This document shows, piece after piece, positions 1 through 12,203 of a stretch of DNA of 64,000 nt (position 1 is the first letter of the stretch; the number at the start of each line of letters is the position of its first letter). Below the pieces are notes generated by a model. The model was not told the DNA's origin, did not search any database, and saw only the letters and a list, made by a program, of their open reading frames with translations. The position numbers and the translations under genes were made by a program. Source of the DNA: Raillietiella orientalis. Taxonomy: Eukaryota. The stretch covers positions 2,170,001 to 2,234,000 of the forward strand of contig JAYWIR010000003.1 in the NCBI GenBank assembly GCA_036172245.1, read 5' to 3'.

Positions 1-3000
1 CGTTCCGATGAGATCGTTTGTCTGCCGAACAAAAAAGTCCGCTTCTTAGCAAAAGCGGAATCGAATGGACCGAATTCACGAGACGGGCTGTCATGGAAAA
101 CTACCAGGAAGAAGATGTTTCTCCTGAGTTCACCTGGGGGTGGACCTGCAAGGGAAGTGAGGACTTGTCTTGGATCCAGGGCACTTTTCCATCCGGGGAA
201 GCTGAGCAAGCGTTCTTAGTTTGCAGCAGAGTTCTCACCCAGGAGTCGTTTCGCTTCAGAGATCCAAGGCGAGAAACGAAGTGGAATTTCACTCCTTCTT
301 AGGTAGGGGAATCTAGGGGAATCCGAGGAAGAACTGGATCGCGCAGAGAAGAGCTCAAATCAAACCGACTAAGAACACGCGAAAAAAAGGTTCCCAGAAG
401 AGGATGCGATACGAAGCCTGCTGCTCCATTGGGGAAAAATCTGCAAGGCTCCGATTGCTTTGCTGGAACGCCTCACGCTGCCATCTTCAGCTTGCTAAGC
501 GACAATGAGAATGCCCTCAGAGAAACTCTGAATGCCAGGAACTCCAATAGGTGTTGAAAGCTTCAATGGCTCTCCTGGCTCTCCGTTCGCAAACAGGAGC
601 ATGAAAGCCGTGTCCTCGTGACGAATTTTCTGGACTCCGAATTCTCCCAGAGCCTGTCTTGCTCCTCTTGGCACCGAATCCTCCGATGCCTGTTTTCTTC
701 CAAATACATCTTGTTCCTTAGATGCTATGAAGGGCTCTCTGATGATCGATAGATGTCCTTGTGGTTCTTGCGGACACTCGGAAGTTGCCTTCCCACAAGG
801 CAGCTTTTAAGAGCTCTCGATGTCCTTTCAAACTTCCTTGGTTGTCTTCAGCCACCAACAGCCGCAGTCTGTTTCCAAGCTGCCCCATAATCACAAATAC
901 ACTCCAGAATGTTCATGCTGCCGGAAGGCATGAACACTCGACATAAATATTTGACAGCTTTCAGTGTTTATTTTTAGCATTAGACAATATTCCACATGTT
1001 TCGTCATTCTTGAATTTTCTTTAAAAGAATGCGAGCTTGTGCTAAAGAAACGGGTTGTACTGTGGTTGATGGTGGATTCGCTCACCGAAGTTGTAATGCC
1101 GGGACAGTCTCTGGTAAATGGTGCTGCAGTTTTCAGCTGAAGTTTCGAGGGATCTTGGCAGCTCTTCGCCTCCCCACGGTTGCTAGTCCTTTCTGTGCAG
1201 TCCACCATTCTGCGTTCCCGAGCTGGGGGATCGTTCTCTGCATGCAGAAGACACCCTTGCATCAGGAAGACACCCAGACTCCGACGAGCACAGTGAGCGG
1301 AAGCCCCAAAGATTTGTCGAGGCTCCCTTTATCACGAGTTGTGGCTCATTTCTCCATTCTCGCCACTTTGATTCACTGCTCCCCCGTTTTTCGTGTTTTG
1401 AGGCGGCTGTTCGTTGCACGTGCTCCTTGATGGGAATGATTTAAAAAATGATCCGCCATTTGTCGCTTGATCCAGCAGCATGTCCTTCTGGAAAGGTTCC
1501 CGGTTCTCCCTAAAACTCAAGGTTCGGAAATGAGGAAAAACGCGTGTCCCTTGCAGGTGAAATTTTTCGAACGTGCACCCCACACGCTGGGGAAATTTTC
1601 GTCGTGAGATTGGATGCCCTGCCATCCGTATTTTGACGTCCCAAAGATAAGATTTGATGTCTCGATTTGAGGTTTCGTCAGATGTCATTTCCGAGAATCC
1701 ACGGAGGACTTGTTTGGAGGCCGGTGTTGGCTCGACATCGCTCCAAAGATGCTTTCTCTTATCCAGACTGTTTCTTTTCTTCGGAATAAAATATTCAAAG
1801 TGGCTTTTTCTTTTAAAAAACAAAAAGAACAAAAAAAGAATTCAAAAACGAGCAAACTGAAGAATATAAAACATGTAAAGAATCTAAAAATAAAACAAGC
1901 ATCCATGTCGGAGGGAGAGTCGTTTCTAGAAATCATCTCAGACACGATGAAGACATTTGTCTCAGGAACGAAAGGGTATGAAAGATGAGGCTAGTCTGTT
2001 TCGACACGGACATGAAGTTAATGCTACATCGGTGCAGAGGCGCTCCTCCAGACTCCATTCATCCTGCTCTGGGGAGACCTTCGCACTCGATCAACACACT
2101 CATAGTCGTCCAAAAATTTTCGGCTCCATTTATAGCCGATAAGCGGTGCGCTGATATCAAATGGCGCGAAACAAAATCGAGAAAATCCGCGTGTGTCCAG
2201 AAAATTCTGGGCTCGATTGCAGGAAATTGATCAATCTGTACGCTGGAACTGAGACAGATGCAATGGGGACATATAAACAGAGGATGAAAAATGCGAGCTG
2301 AAGCAAGCAGGATCATTGTCTCTAATGCCTGCTTGTCCCAGGAAGCGGGGTGAATTTTTATTTGCTCTTTAATCAGTTGCCCGGTTGCAAGAAGTATCTC
2401 CAGTCACGTTCGCCGCCAGTTTTTAAATCCACAGTTAGCCAGGAGATGCTGGATCAGTGAACGAGTACTTCATGAGCGCATGAAGAAGGAAAAGAAGAAG
2501 AAGAGAATTGGTCGGCAGAAACGCATCAAATGAGCTCGGATAAAAACGCCTGCATTTTGGAGTGATGCAAAAAGAAGAAGAATCTCATTAGCAAAAGGGT
2601 CCATCAATAAGCTTCGATTGAAAGTTTGGAAATGAATGCATGCACTAAATTCAAATTTAACATCGTGCTTTGAGGAATTCTCCGAAAAATAGATCCAGGC
2701 GTAGGTAAGAGCCCCCCCCCCCCCGAAAAAAGAAAAAAAAAAAACCAAGCTCTTGATAACTCCTAGAGATATCAGCATCTACGCATCTCCTGAACAATCT
2801 GATGCCATATCATTACTGATTCTACGTCCACGCATCCACATTTTACTTGAATGATCAGCGGCTGCGGCGTTTCCGAGGTCTGTAGAGGCTGGAAACACAA
2901 GAGCTTTCTCTTCTAGGCAGACGGCAGCAAGTTCTCCCTGAGAGATGAATAATCGCTTACGAGTTTGTGGAAATTTCCATTCCTTGGATTCTTTGGCATT

Positions 3001-3739
3001 CCACAGCACGTGCAGCAGTCGCCTCCCACCTCAAAGCACTGCATCCTCAGCACTCTTAAAAATTCCCTGCGAATTCTCCGAGAACGTAGGGGAAGACTAT
3101 GACTTGCGTGAGAACCCCCTCAAGCATCTCCTAAGCAACGGAAAATACTTTTGGTTCTCGAAGAAGACCCCAGGGCTTAGTGAGGGCGCTCACATATGCA
3201 GCTTGACCAAAACTCCTGCCTTTTCGAGCTTCACGCTGCAGAGATGGCGCTAAACCAAACTTGCGGAAGTCTTTTGGAAGGTGCACGAGCGCCTCAACCA
3301 CTGCGTCAGTCACCTGACGATGACCATCAGCCGACACGATGTTACAATGGAACAAACAGAAAGTCCACATACATTGGGAACTGGTATTCGTCTTGTAACC
3401 AGTCCATCCCAGAAAAGAAGAATCGACTCCAGTTCAAGCCGAAGGACCGGTCGTCATGATGGACGCTGCAGGACGATATGGAAGCTCTTCCAAGGCCAAG
3501 AAAAACGAGAGGCAGAAGGAAGCGTGAGAATGCCCTGGACCGTTCCCCACCTCGTCTTGAAGGGAGTCTCGGCCGAAACTCAGCTGGAAACACTAAAAGG
3601 AACTTCATCACTGAAAGCCGAAGGTTCTTCTCTGCTCTGCTGATGCTCATAGTTCTCTGGCAGTCATTAGCAACGAAGATGGCTGCCGCTGAGGTCACTT
3701 TCGCGAGAAGTAATGAACCAAACGTACAAAAAGTATGGA

Positions 3740-5270
3740 GAGACTTCCGAGAGTCCCTCGGCGGACCCTCCGAAGATCCGGCGCTTCCGGCGCGAGATCC
3801 CAGCTCCGCATTTCCCTTGTCGGAATCGACGGGAGCAACGCGGGTCGGCTGCTGCGGACAGCGTAAGCCGCCGCCACCACAGCAGCAGCAGCAGCAACCT
3901 TTCTTGCCGGGGAGGAATCACCGCAGAAGAAACGCGTCCGTCCGCCCGATCCGGGAAGATCCATCTCCACACCGCCAAGCCGCGGAGCCTCGCACGGCGG
4001 CGGCCAATCGGCAGCTCCCCATCCCTCGTGGGACCCGGATCCCGGCTTCGAGGAGACTTGCCTGCTGCCTGTTCTTGATGAGCCGCCGCCCAGAGCCGGC
4101 CTTCCCCCGGCAGAGATGCTGCTACTAACGACGCGCGCGCGCACATCCTCCTCAGGCTGATCTTTCTTAGTCCTCTCGGAAATCACGAAGGTGATCTTTG
4201 CAGTTCGTTCACTTCGGAGCGTCGTGCACCACCCCGCTTCTCACCCCTGACGGCTCCACGAAAAAAGCTCAGTGCGAGCAGCCGCAGCAGAGAGAGGGAG
4301 AGCGAGAGAAATAAAACGAAGCGAAATAGAGAAAAAAAAAAAAAAAACAGCAACAACAGATTGGCAGAGAGAAAGCACCCTCCTCCGCCTTGGGACAGCC
4401 AATGATAAATGATCATTCAGAGCGAGACACAAAAAACAAGAGGCACGTTTATACCAACCGTTCCGGGCTCCTACTTTCGGCTCGCTTAATTAGAGTTCCG
4501 TTCTTTCTCTGGAATAAAATTCCCTTCTCCATGGAAATCTCGTTTCTTTCTCTGCCAACAATGTGGGGCAAAACAAAGGAAGGACATGTCCACTGCATGC
4601 TTCAGCAAATGCGCCAATCACATTCCTTTCAGTTGTCAGTAGCATCAGATGCGGGCTCTGTACTGTTATCTTTTTCCAGAAGCATCTCGACTTTCGCATG
4701 CCTCTCGGGATCACGGCGAAGTCTCCCGTGACGAGGACCGGCGTCGAACCGACGGACGCTGCGGACTTCGGCACCGCCGCGGATGGGAGCGCGCAGCGGG
4801 CAGGAAGCGGCGGGCCATCCGCTCCGGGATTCACCTCGCAGGGTGCTCCGAAGCGCATCCGGACTGAGCGGCCAGCGAGCGCAAGCTCTTCTTCTTCTTC
4901 TTCTTCGGCAGGTCTCGGAGCGCTTCCTGAGGCGAAGCGGAAAAGGGGCATCTCACGCGGGGGCGAGTTGACGCGCCGTGCGGCCGAAAACAGACGCATC
5001 CAAAGATGGCAGTGCGGAGTGCGGCGACTTGGTCAGCTGAAACTTGAAGAGCCCGGAGGTGCGAGTTCACCTGGAAGAGGGCAAGCGCAGCCGGCGGAAG
5101 CGGAACGCGCATGTCCCTCGTGCTCGCCTCCTGCTGGCGAGGAAAGAGACAACACCCCTTTCCAAGAGATCAGATCGGAATTCGGGTGACCGGTGAGGCC
5201 GGCTGGGGTCGCTCGCCATAAGGCAAGGTCCATGCTGCACTCCCACGCTGCGGCTCTCTTTCGAGGATTC
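3740..5270. promoter_or_regulatory. GC/CpG-rich island with GA-rich core; candidate promoter or regulatory element
   Basis: GC and CpG rise sharply relative to the flanks. It contains a CG alternation at 4132-4142, GAGAG-rich sequence at about 4288-4375, and CCAAT (4399-4403), TGATAAAT (4403-4410) and Inr-like TCATTC (4413-4418) packed together. Boundaries are approximate. Confidence 0.45.
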
Positions 5271-5702
5271 AGCATGAGCTCCAGGTCAAGATGCTTCCCG
5301 CACCAAGGTCTTTGGTCCGGATGCCGAATTTTCCTTTTCCTTTTTCAACTCGGCTTGCTCTTCTACGAAATGAGAAGCCAGATACATTTTGATCGAAGGG
5401 ATAATCTTCAGCTCTCCGCAGGAGCCATTTCCAACACTTCGAGTGCCGGTTGCGAGACGTCGGTGCCATTCATCACCTACCGGTGAAAACTGCAAGCAGA
5501 TTTGCTTGCCGCAATGAGCCGAAACTGACACAAGAGAAGCCGCATCGGTAATAGTCGCGGTTGTGGTAAGTTGTGGCGTCATCTCAAGCTAGGGTCGAGG
5601 GCAAATGAAAGCAAATTTATCCTGACGTCTCTCTTCCTGAACATTCTCATGCCTCCTGGATGAGTAAACGTGAATCGATTCTCACCGGAAGAGGTATCAA
5701 AA

Positions 5703-5982
5703 TGGCCTCCCGCGACTGAACAGCTCAGTTGAGACTTGGCCTCCTGGACATCCCTGTTTTCTCTGCAGAAGCAGCAGACAGACTTTGGCTGCAGCACTGC
5801 TGCGGCCTGTCTCATCAGTGAACTGCTGGAATTCAGCCCTGGAAATCCTTTTTTGATTGCTGCAGGCGGACGAAGAAGAGTATCCACATCGCATCCAATC
5901 CATCGAAATCCCTGAGGAGTCATTCAAGGAAGTCTTCCATCGGTTCCTTGAAAGATGCAAAAAAAAGTGCGGCATTTATTTC
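5703..5982 (+). mobile_element. possible degraded Tc1/mariner (IS630-like) transposase C-terminal fragment
   Basis: The translation WPPATEQLS*DLASW (from 5703) echoes the WPPxSPDLNPxDxxxW motif. The downstream EEYPHRIQSIEIPEESFKEVFHRFLERCKKKCGIYF resembles the RI...IP.E....VF..F..R...C...G..F C-terminal pattern. There is an in-frame stop, the spacing is longer than expected and no TIRs were found. Confidence 0.3.
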
Positions 5983-8852
5983 AGCAACCGTGAAACTGAC
6001 GACCATGTGAACTCTGAGAGAATTTTTTTCCGGTTCTCCCATCCTGGGTTGCTTGCCTTCTTGTAAGAATGGTAATCCACCTCGATGAAGAAGGATGACA
6101 GGGATTCTTGTGTCTCTGAGTGGGAGAGATTTGATGTATTCAGATCTACATTTACTCGTTCTGCTGACCAAAGTCCGGAAGTATCTTCTTGGTTGCTATG
6201 AATCCGAATAGGGGAAACATCCATGGGAAGCATTCTATCATTTCACCAGCCAGAAGTACTACTGACATCATGATCGACCCCCTCTATTTCCTTAATTGGT
6301 GGATCAATCCGACCTTCCAGCTATGAAATTCGTTCAGTAAGAATTCTAAAGCTCATCGCAGAACTCAGAATCCACAAGCGCACAACCGCGTGAAGATGCA
6401 AAGCTTCCCATTCAAGTGTGAAGATTTGGTGAATCATAGCCTTTTGGTGCCGCAACGCGACAAGGGTAGTTCTGTGCCATGATGCTCTGCAAGACGCGGG
6501 AAGACGACTCCTTATGAGCTCCAGAGAGGAAAAGATGGTTCGAAAAGAAAATCGTTTTTGGAAACTCTCGAATCCCAAGGAAGACCCCGAATCTTGGGCA
6601 GGAAGGAAACACATTCGGCTCAGCTGACAAGGGATATCCCAAGTTCACGGATGCCATTTCATTCTGCATGCTGGTCTCCCTCCTGCTGCATTGGGCTAGT
6701 CCTGACATGTGTACAAACAATTCCCACTTATATTAATCAGAACAACTTGTTATCCCGAGTGCAAAAGCTTATTTTGCTGCAGAATTAAATTTCTCTGAAC
6801 AAATGAAATCCATCAATCTACATTTTCCGAGGGCATGACATTCTCTCAGTTAATTCTGATCCTCGGTGCTTATAGAAATTATGCCTTCGTGAAAGCTCAG
6901 TGAGAATGACAGGGCTGGCTGCTAAATTAATAAGCAGGGAGCCGACCAGCTGATTTTTTGGGGTCCAACGCAGACCGTTCTTCTTCCTGCGGAAGCATCT
7001 CCGATCTTAAATGCTCGGCCGAGTTCTGCATTCCCCCTTGTTCGTGCGACATGGAGAAAGGAGGATGAGGATTGGGGAGGGGGGAGGAATCGAATGATCC
7101 AGCTCCTGAAACAGCTCGCCAAGACCTTCGCGTTTCCACGAAGTGGGAGAAAGACGGGAGAATCGAAGCGGAAGTGAAGTGCCATCGTTTTTTAATCACT
7201 CGAGAGAGCGACATCGAACGGACCAAGCAGAAATATTTGCGTCGAAGAAAATTCTTTTCCCACTTTTGTTCGAGTTAACCCCAGAACAAAGCGAAAGTCA
7301 ACGTATGTGATTAATGGAGGAAGGCGCTAAAGAATGCAGTTGTCGATCTATTATACCGGGGACTTTTGGAAACAGCCAGAAAATCCGAGTCGAATGGAAA
7401 TCATTAAAAACACGAATTACTACCGATTAAAGGGCTCTTCTTTATCTTGTTAATTGGCGGATCCAGAACCATGCAGTGTGCCGGAATTTCAGATCGCACG
7501 AAGACTCGTGACGACGGATGATACACATTCTTTATCGCCTTCACAGCGCAGCTACTCAACGAAGTAAACGTCTTCATTATGTGGAGTTCCTGAATAAATC
7601 GATCGAATAATAGGGAGGCTCCATTTAACCTCTCGACATTCTTTCGGTTTCCTAAAATTGCTGGTCCATTAGATCTCGTTTTTTTCAAGGTCAAGTTTTG
7701 TATCCGTGAACTGGAGCAATGGTATGGCTGCTTTTGCTTTTTGAGTGGTGGCTTCCTGTGGTCCACCGCTCCATCACGGTAGCGAACGATGTTTTAGCAG
7801 ATAAACAGGCAGATTTTGTCTTTTCTTTCTTCATCTCATCTTTTTCTTCTGCCAGAAAGCGGAAGATAAAAGTACCAATCGCCAAGGTGTCCCGTTCCCC
7901 GCTACTAAAGGCAAGCAAAAGAGCCCTCGGAAATCTCTCGAGTGGAGCAAAGGTGGGGGAGAGGACGAAAAGTCGCTTTTAGATCCGCGGACAATTTAAA
8001 TTAAACAGCCGCAGCGCCATTAATGGAACCGTGCTATGAACTTGCTAGGATGCATCCCCTCTCTCCTTTGAAGAAGGAATACGTGGGACGGTGGTGACCA
8101 AGCAACCCTATTCATCACATGAGCCTTTGCACGCCATTTCAGCACTCCTCTAGAAGCAAGATCAAGGACAACGGCTCTCCCAAGAGGAAATTTCTCTACG
8201 TGCGCCGGAAGATCTACGCGAACAGAAGATCCCAAGTTTGAACAAGCCGATCGGCATTTAACCTTGACGAACATTCAGATAAGCAATCAAGCAATGATTA
8301 ATCTTTCTTTTTTTTTTCAATTAGAAGATCGTGAGAAAATTTTTTTCTTTCACTCTGGGGAAAATCTGCATCCCGTTTTCTGCAATCAGGCTCTTGAAAG
8401 ACAGAGTCCTTCGCTCATGGACTGGCTGCGATGAGCCTATGGCTCGGCTCATCTTTGAAGCTTTAGAATGTACACGGAGCCTTTCACAGCAGCGTTCGAT
8501 GCCTTTGAGGCTTTTTAGTTCTTAAGAGTGATCTTGGAAAGTCCTTCATTTCAACTCCACGGCAATGAGCCATCAACCTGGTAGCCCGGAAATGTCAGCT
8601 ATGCCTAAGTTTGTTTCGCCAGATGGCACCACCTTTGATTCTTGCAGGCTGTAGATGCTTTGATTATGGAAAGAATAAAGCACGAAGCTAGAAGGAATGC
8701 AGAAAATGAAAGATTTCGGTCCCCATCAGAATTTCCATCATCCTAGGCCAATGGTAACGATCTCCTCGTAAGGGTATTTCCGGCTTCGCGAAAAGATCCT
8801 AATATAAAAAATAAAATCAGGGTAATAATAGCAGAAAAAACACTCTCCCTCC

Positions 8853-8928
8853 GCCCAATCCTGGACCGAATTTCTAAGCATTTGTGCCTTAGGTTTTCAA
8901 AAGCCCGGATCCCAGCGAATCATTAGGC
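8853..8928 (-). ncRNA. diverged Mir-10-family (mir-993-like) hairpin; possible paralogue or decaying miRNA
   Basis: The minus strand reads GCCTAATGA-TTCGCTGGGATCCGGGCTTTTG-AAAACCTAAGGCACAAATGCTTA-GAAATTCGGTCCAGGATTGGGC. The 5' arm (8919-8898) shares 14 contiguous nt (GATCCGGGCTTTTG) with recalled miR-993-5p UACCCUGUAGAUCCGGGCUUUUG, 19/23 overall with one gap. The arms pair through several G:U pairs that work only on the minus strand, and GCCUAAU/AUUGGGC closes the base. Confidence 0.5.
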
Positions 8929-11900
8929 TACAATTCTTCACATATGTGAGTGCGCTTTGCCCCTTCGCATATGTGAGAGGCCGTCCACGAGGCAAAGATT
9001 TAATCCCAGTGTCATCTCTTTCATCCTCAGCTTTCCAGCCAAATGTTTTCTTCCTTCTCCGTCTGCAGATAGGCGATGCAAGCTCCGAGTTCAAGAAGCA
9101 AAGAACGAGCGCCCAAAACGGAAAGAAATGATTTTTATTTCAGATTAAACCGGAGATCGTGTATGCCATTCTCTTTACTGAATCTAAGGAACGGCTGAGG
9201 ATCTCTTAGCCACCAGATTTAGCCTCTACTTGTTTCGGTTTACTGCTAAGCCGTGGTCCACATCTCCATGAGTAAGCTGCTTGTTCTTGGAGACCGCTCT
9301 ATTGGCCGTGGTCACAGCAGCTTCTGGCTCGTCGGCGCCCATATGCTATGCAGTCTCATATCCTTCTCTCCTCAATATCCTCCACGGGAGCACTGGCGAC
9401 AAGCGCACGCGGCCATTCAAGCTGTTTCCAAAGGAACCACTCACGACCCTCTTCCTTACATGGAAACTTCCGGTAACCACCAACACGTTTTCTCTTTGCC
9501 TGTTTTCTTTCGAGAGCTTCCTCACCTGGTCCTTTGCCTATGCCCTGCCCCATTTCAAGATCAGCTTTCCACGAGTACTTTACGTATAGTCGTCTTTTTC
9601 GCTGCTTCAAGAGGGATACTGTTTCGATAGGACGCCGTCCTCACCCGAAGCAGCAGCACCCTAGCAACTATGCGCATACTTCGTTTTGCAACAAGTGCGA
9701 CGTCGCTTCCACAAACTTGAAGACAGAAAGAGGAAAACGGATATCAAAAAAAGTGCTCCTTGCGAAGGGATATCAAAAAAAAAAAAAAAAAAAAGGTCAC
9801 TCTCTGATGCATCTAGAACAAGGCCAGATTTTTCCCATGGAGACCCAAACCGTCAAGATCTGCACTCGGATAGGAAATGGAAAAGGGAAGGTCCAGAGCT
9901 GATTAATCCTGGCTTGGTACACAGGGTTCTACTTTCGGGCTCGGATTCCAGCCCATCTTATCGTTTGCGCAAAAGCCTCCGGGATTTGAGTGTTCCCGAA
10001 ATTTGAAAGCGGGGGATCGAGCAACACAGCATCCGGCTTCCAGAAGCAACTCGCTGACTTCCCTTCCTGCGGTTGATGATCTACAGTTTGTTTGGATGCA
10101 AGCCGTCAAGTACTGCATCTGTACTTGCCCCTTGCTCACGTGTCTTTCGCTCGTTCGAAGCCGCCGAGCTCTCTTTACTGGCTTTTTGGATTTCCCGTTC
10201 ATCTCGGAGGAGGAAGGAGAGGATTTCCGATAGATTGCCCCAGGTCACTTCTTGCGCTCCCCAGGAACTTTGACCTCTTTAAGGAGGCATGTCCAATGCG
10301 TAGGAGCGAGATCAAAGGGCATCCAAAATTAGACGGGTTCCCCTTTCCGGACGTTTCCGAGACTGGCATCCCATTCCATCTTTTCGTCCCGAGGCGGGAG
10401 AGCCTTTTGCTCGGGAGGATCGGCCGACTTATGCAAAAGCTGGTCACGGGTTCTCAGTGGGTGCCAAGCTTGTTGCTTCGCGAAAATCCTGAGCTTGGGT
10501 AATTGGAGTTTCGGATGCTCTTCCTTCTGAAGCCGCCATTCCTACTCCGGCTTGGATCCGGGCATCGCCTCTCTTAGGGCTGTCAATCCGATTGCACGGC
10601 AGAAAAGAAAAAAAAATCGATCTGGTTTTCCTTCCCCGTGCTTCGCATGATGAGAAATTCCACTGCCGCTCCAGCCACGCATGTGATCGAGGGAGAAACT
10701 CGGGTTTCCCTTTGGCTGCAGAGGAATGTCCGCTCCGCCACTGGCTGCGCAGCTGGCTCTCTCTCTTGAGGAGAGAAAAGGCAGGGCACGCTTAAGGGGG
10801 GTATCCCTGAAACTGGAGGCCGTTCCCGGAGTAGCAGAGGGTCTCGACCGCCGCCTCTGTATTTTAGAAGTTGCCTTTTAGCAAAAGAATGCATCGATGC
10901 TCTCGGTGTCTCTTGCAGCAAACGCTCAAGTGTTCTGGTAACCGGAACGATGCTACTCCAAAGCGGCCACCAAAAAAGGGCAACAGCAAAACACGTGCTT
11001 TCGGTTGATCATCCAGGTAATGCTGGGCTGTTTATCAAGACGTGCTCAGTATGCTTGGTTAAACCCGAAGCTACGTTTCCAGGGCGACGAATTCTGCGAA
11101 GTCAGGCAGGTGAAGAGGAACTGGTGGCGGACATAGATGAACAAGAGCGGCTCATTTCAGGTAGGCGAGAGGAGAGGTGCATCATCGGCTCACGTATGCC
11201 CCTTCCTGGAGAGTTCCTTAAAGCGTGGCAATTTCTTTCCACGAGTGAATTTTTGACGGGATCATCCCATAGCCCACGTCCGGTGGTCCCGCTTGAACAG
11301 CAGCATGAGAGCTTCGGTGACCGGTATAATTCTTTCATATTCAATATCCTAGAGACCATCACAAGGCATGCTCTCAAATACAAAACCCAAATTATCGTCT
11401 CCCCCTACGCAAGGACGATTTCTTGCTTCCCGAAACCATTAGTTGCACCGCGTGTGGATTTACAAATTTCAATCAAAAAGCTCGGTTCTAGGCGCACGAT
11501 GGAATTATCGCGGGGATGCGAAGAACGAACTATACTTCTGCGGGTTGTCGAACTTTCCTGCGGGAAGAACGCAGAAAGATAACGTCAGCTTGCCATTCCC
11601 TGGAAACGCTCCACCGTTGCACGTTGCCGCATCTCCTTCGATGTCTCCGGAAATCACTTCAGTGCGCTTGGGATTTCGGTCGCAACCGTCAGTGAGTAAG
11701 CAAAGCACTAAGCATCTTCGGTTTTCTCGGAAGAATTGATTCCTCGCATTTGGTCACAGTCGCACGCCTTCTGGAGCAAACTGTTGCACCACTGCGACTG
11801 TGGTTTGCGCCAACCACCATCCCGGACGAAAGCGACTACAAAATCCAGCAAGTCCATCGTAAGATTTCCTGAAGCGGAGCTGATGCATGAGACCGGTGGC

Positions 11901-12110
11901 TGCTATCCTCGATCAGTCTACTCGAGGTTCGCTTCAAACTTTTCTCTTGACTAGACAGACTCCTGCCACTGTCCTCCTTTTCCTCCACTTCCATCGTTTC
12001 CTCGAGGCGCTGCCAGAAAATCGCCGAATGCTGGCACGATGATGTCCAGAGAGCTTTGCATTTTAGGAAACGTGGAATATCCAATTGTATCTTCTTCCTC
12101 TGACCAACTT

Positions 12111-12203
12111 TACCTAACCTACTCTACCCTAGCTATCCCAACCCGTCCAAACTACCATAACCTACCCTGACATAAGCTGACCTAACCTATCCTAGAATGA
12201 CCT
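12111..12203. repeat. degenerate (AACCT)n / (TTAGG)n-type pentanucleotide array, about 19 units
   Basis: Reads tacct aacct actct accct agct atccc aaccc gtcc aaact accat aacct accct gacat aagct gacct aacct atcct agaat gacct; the 5-nt periodicity is clear. Confidence 0.75.

Noticed and set aside
3478..5189. ORFs of 160-216 aa with polyQ/polyS in the left GC island
   Set aside because: No Hox N-terminal, hexapeptide or other known motif; the homopolymers come from short CAG and TCT repeats.
10950..11582. 210-aa ATG ORF
   Set aside because: No recognisable family or exon context; cannot be supported without a homology search.
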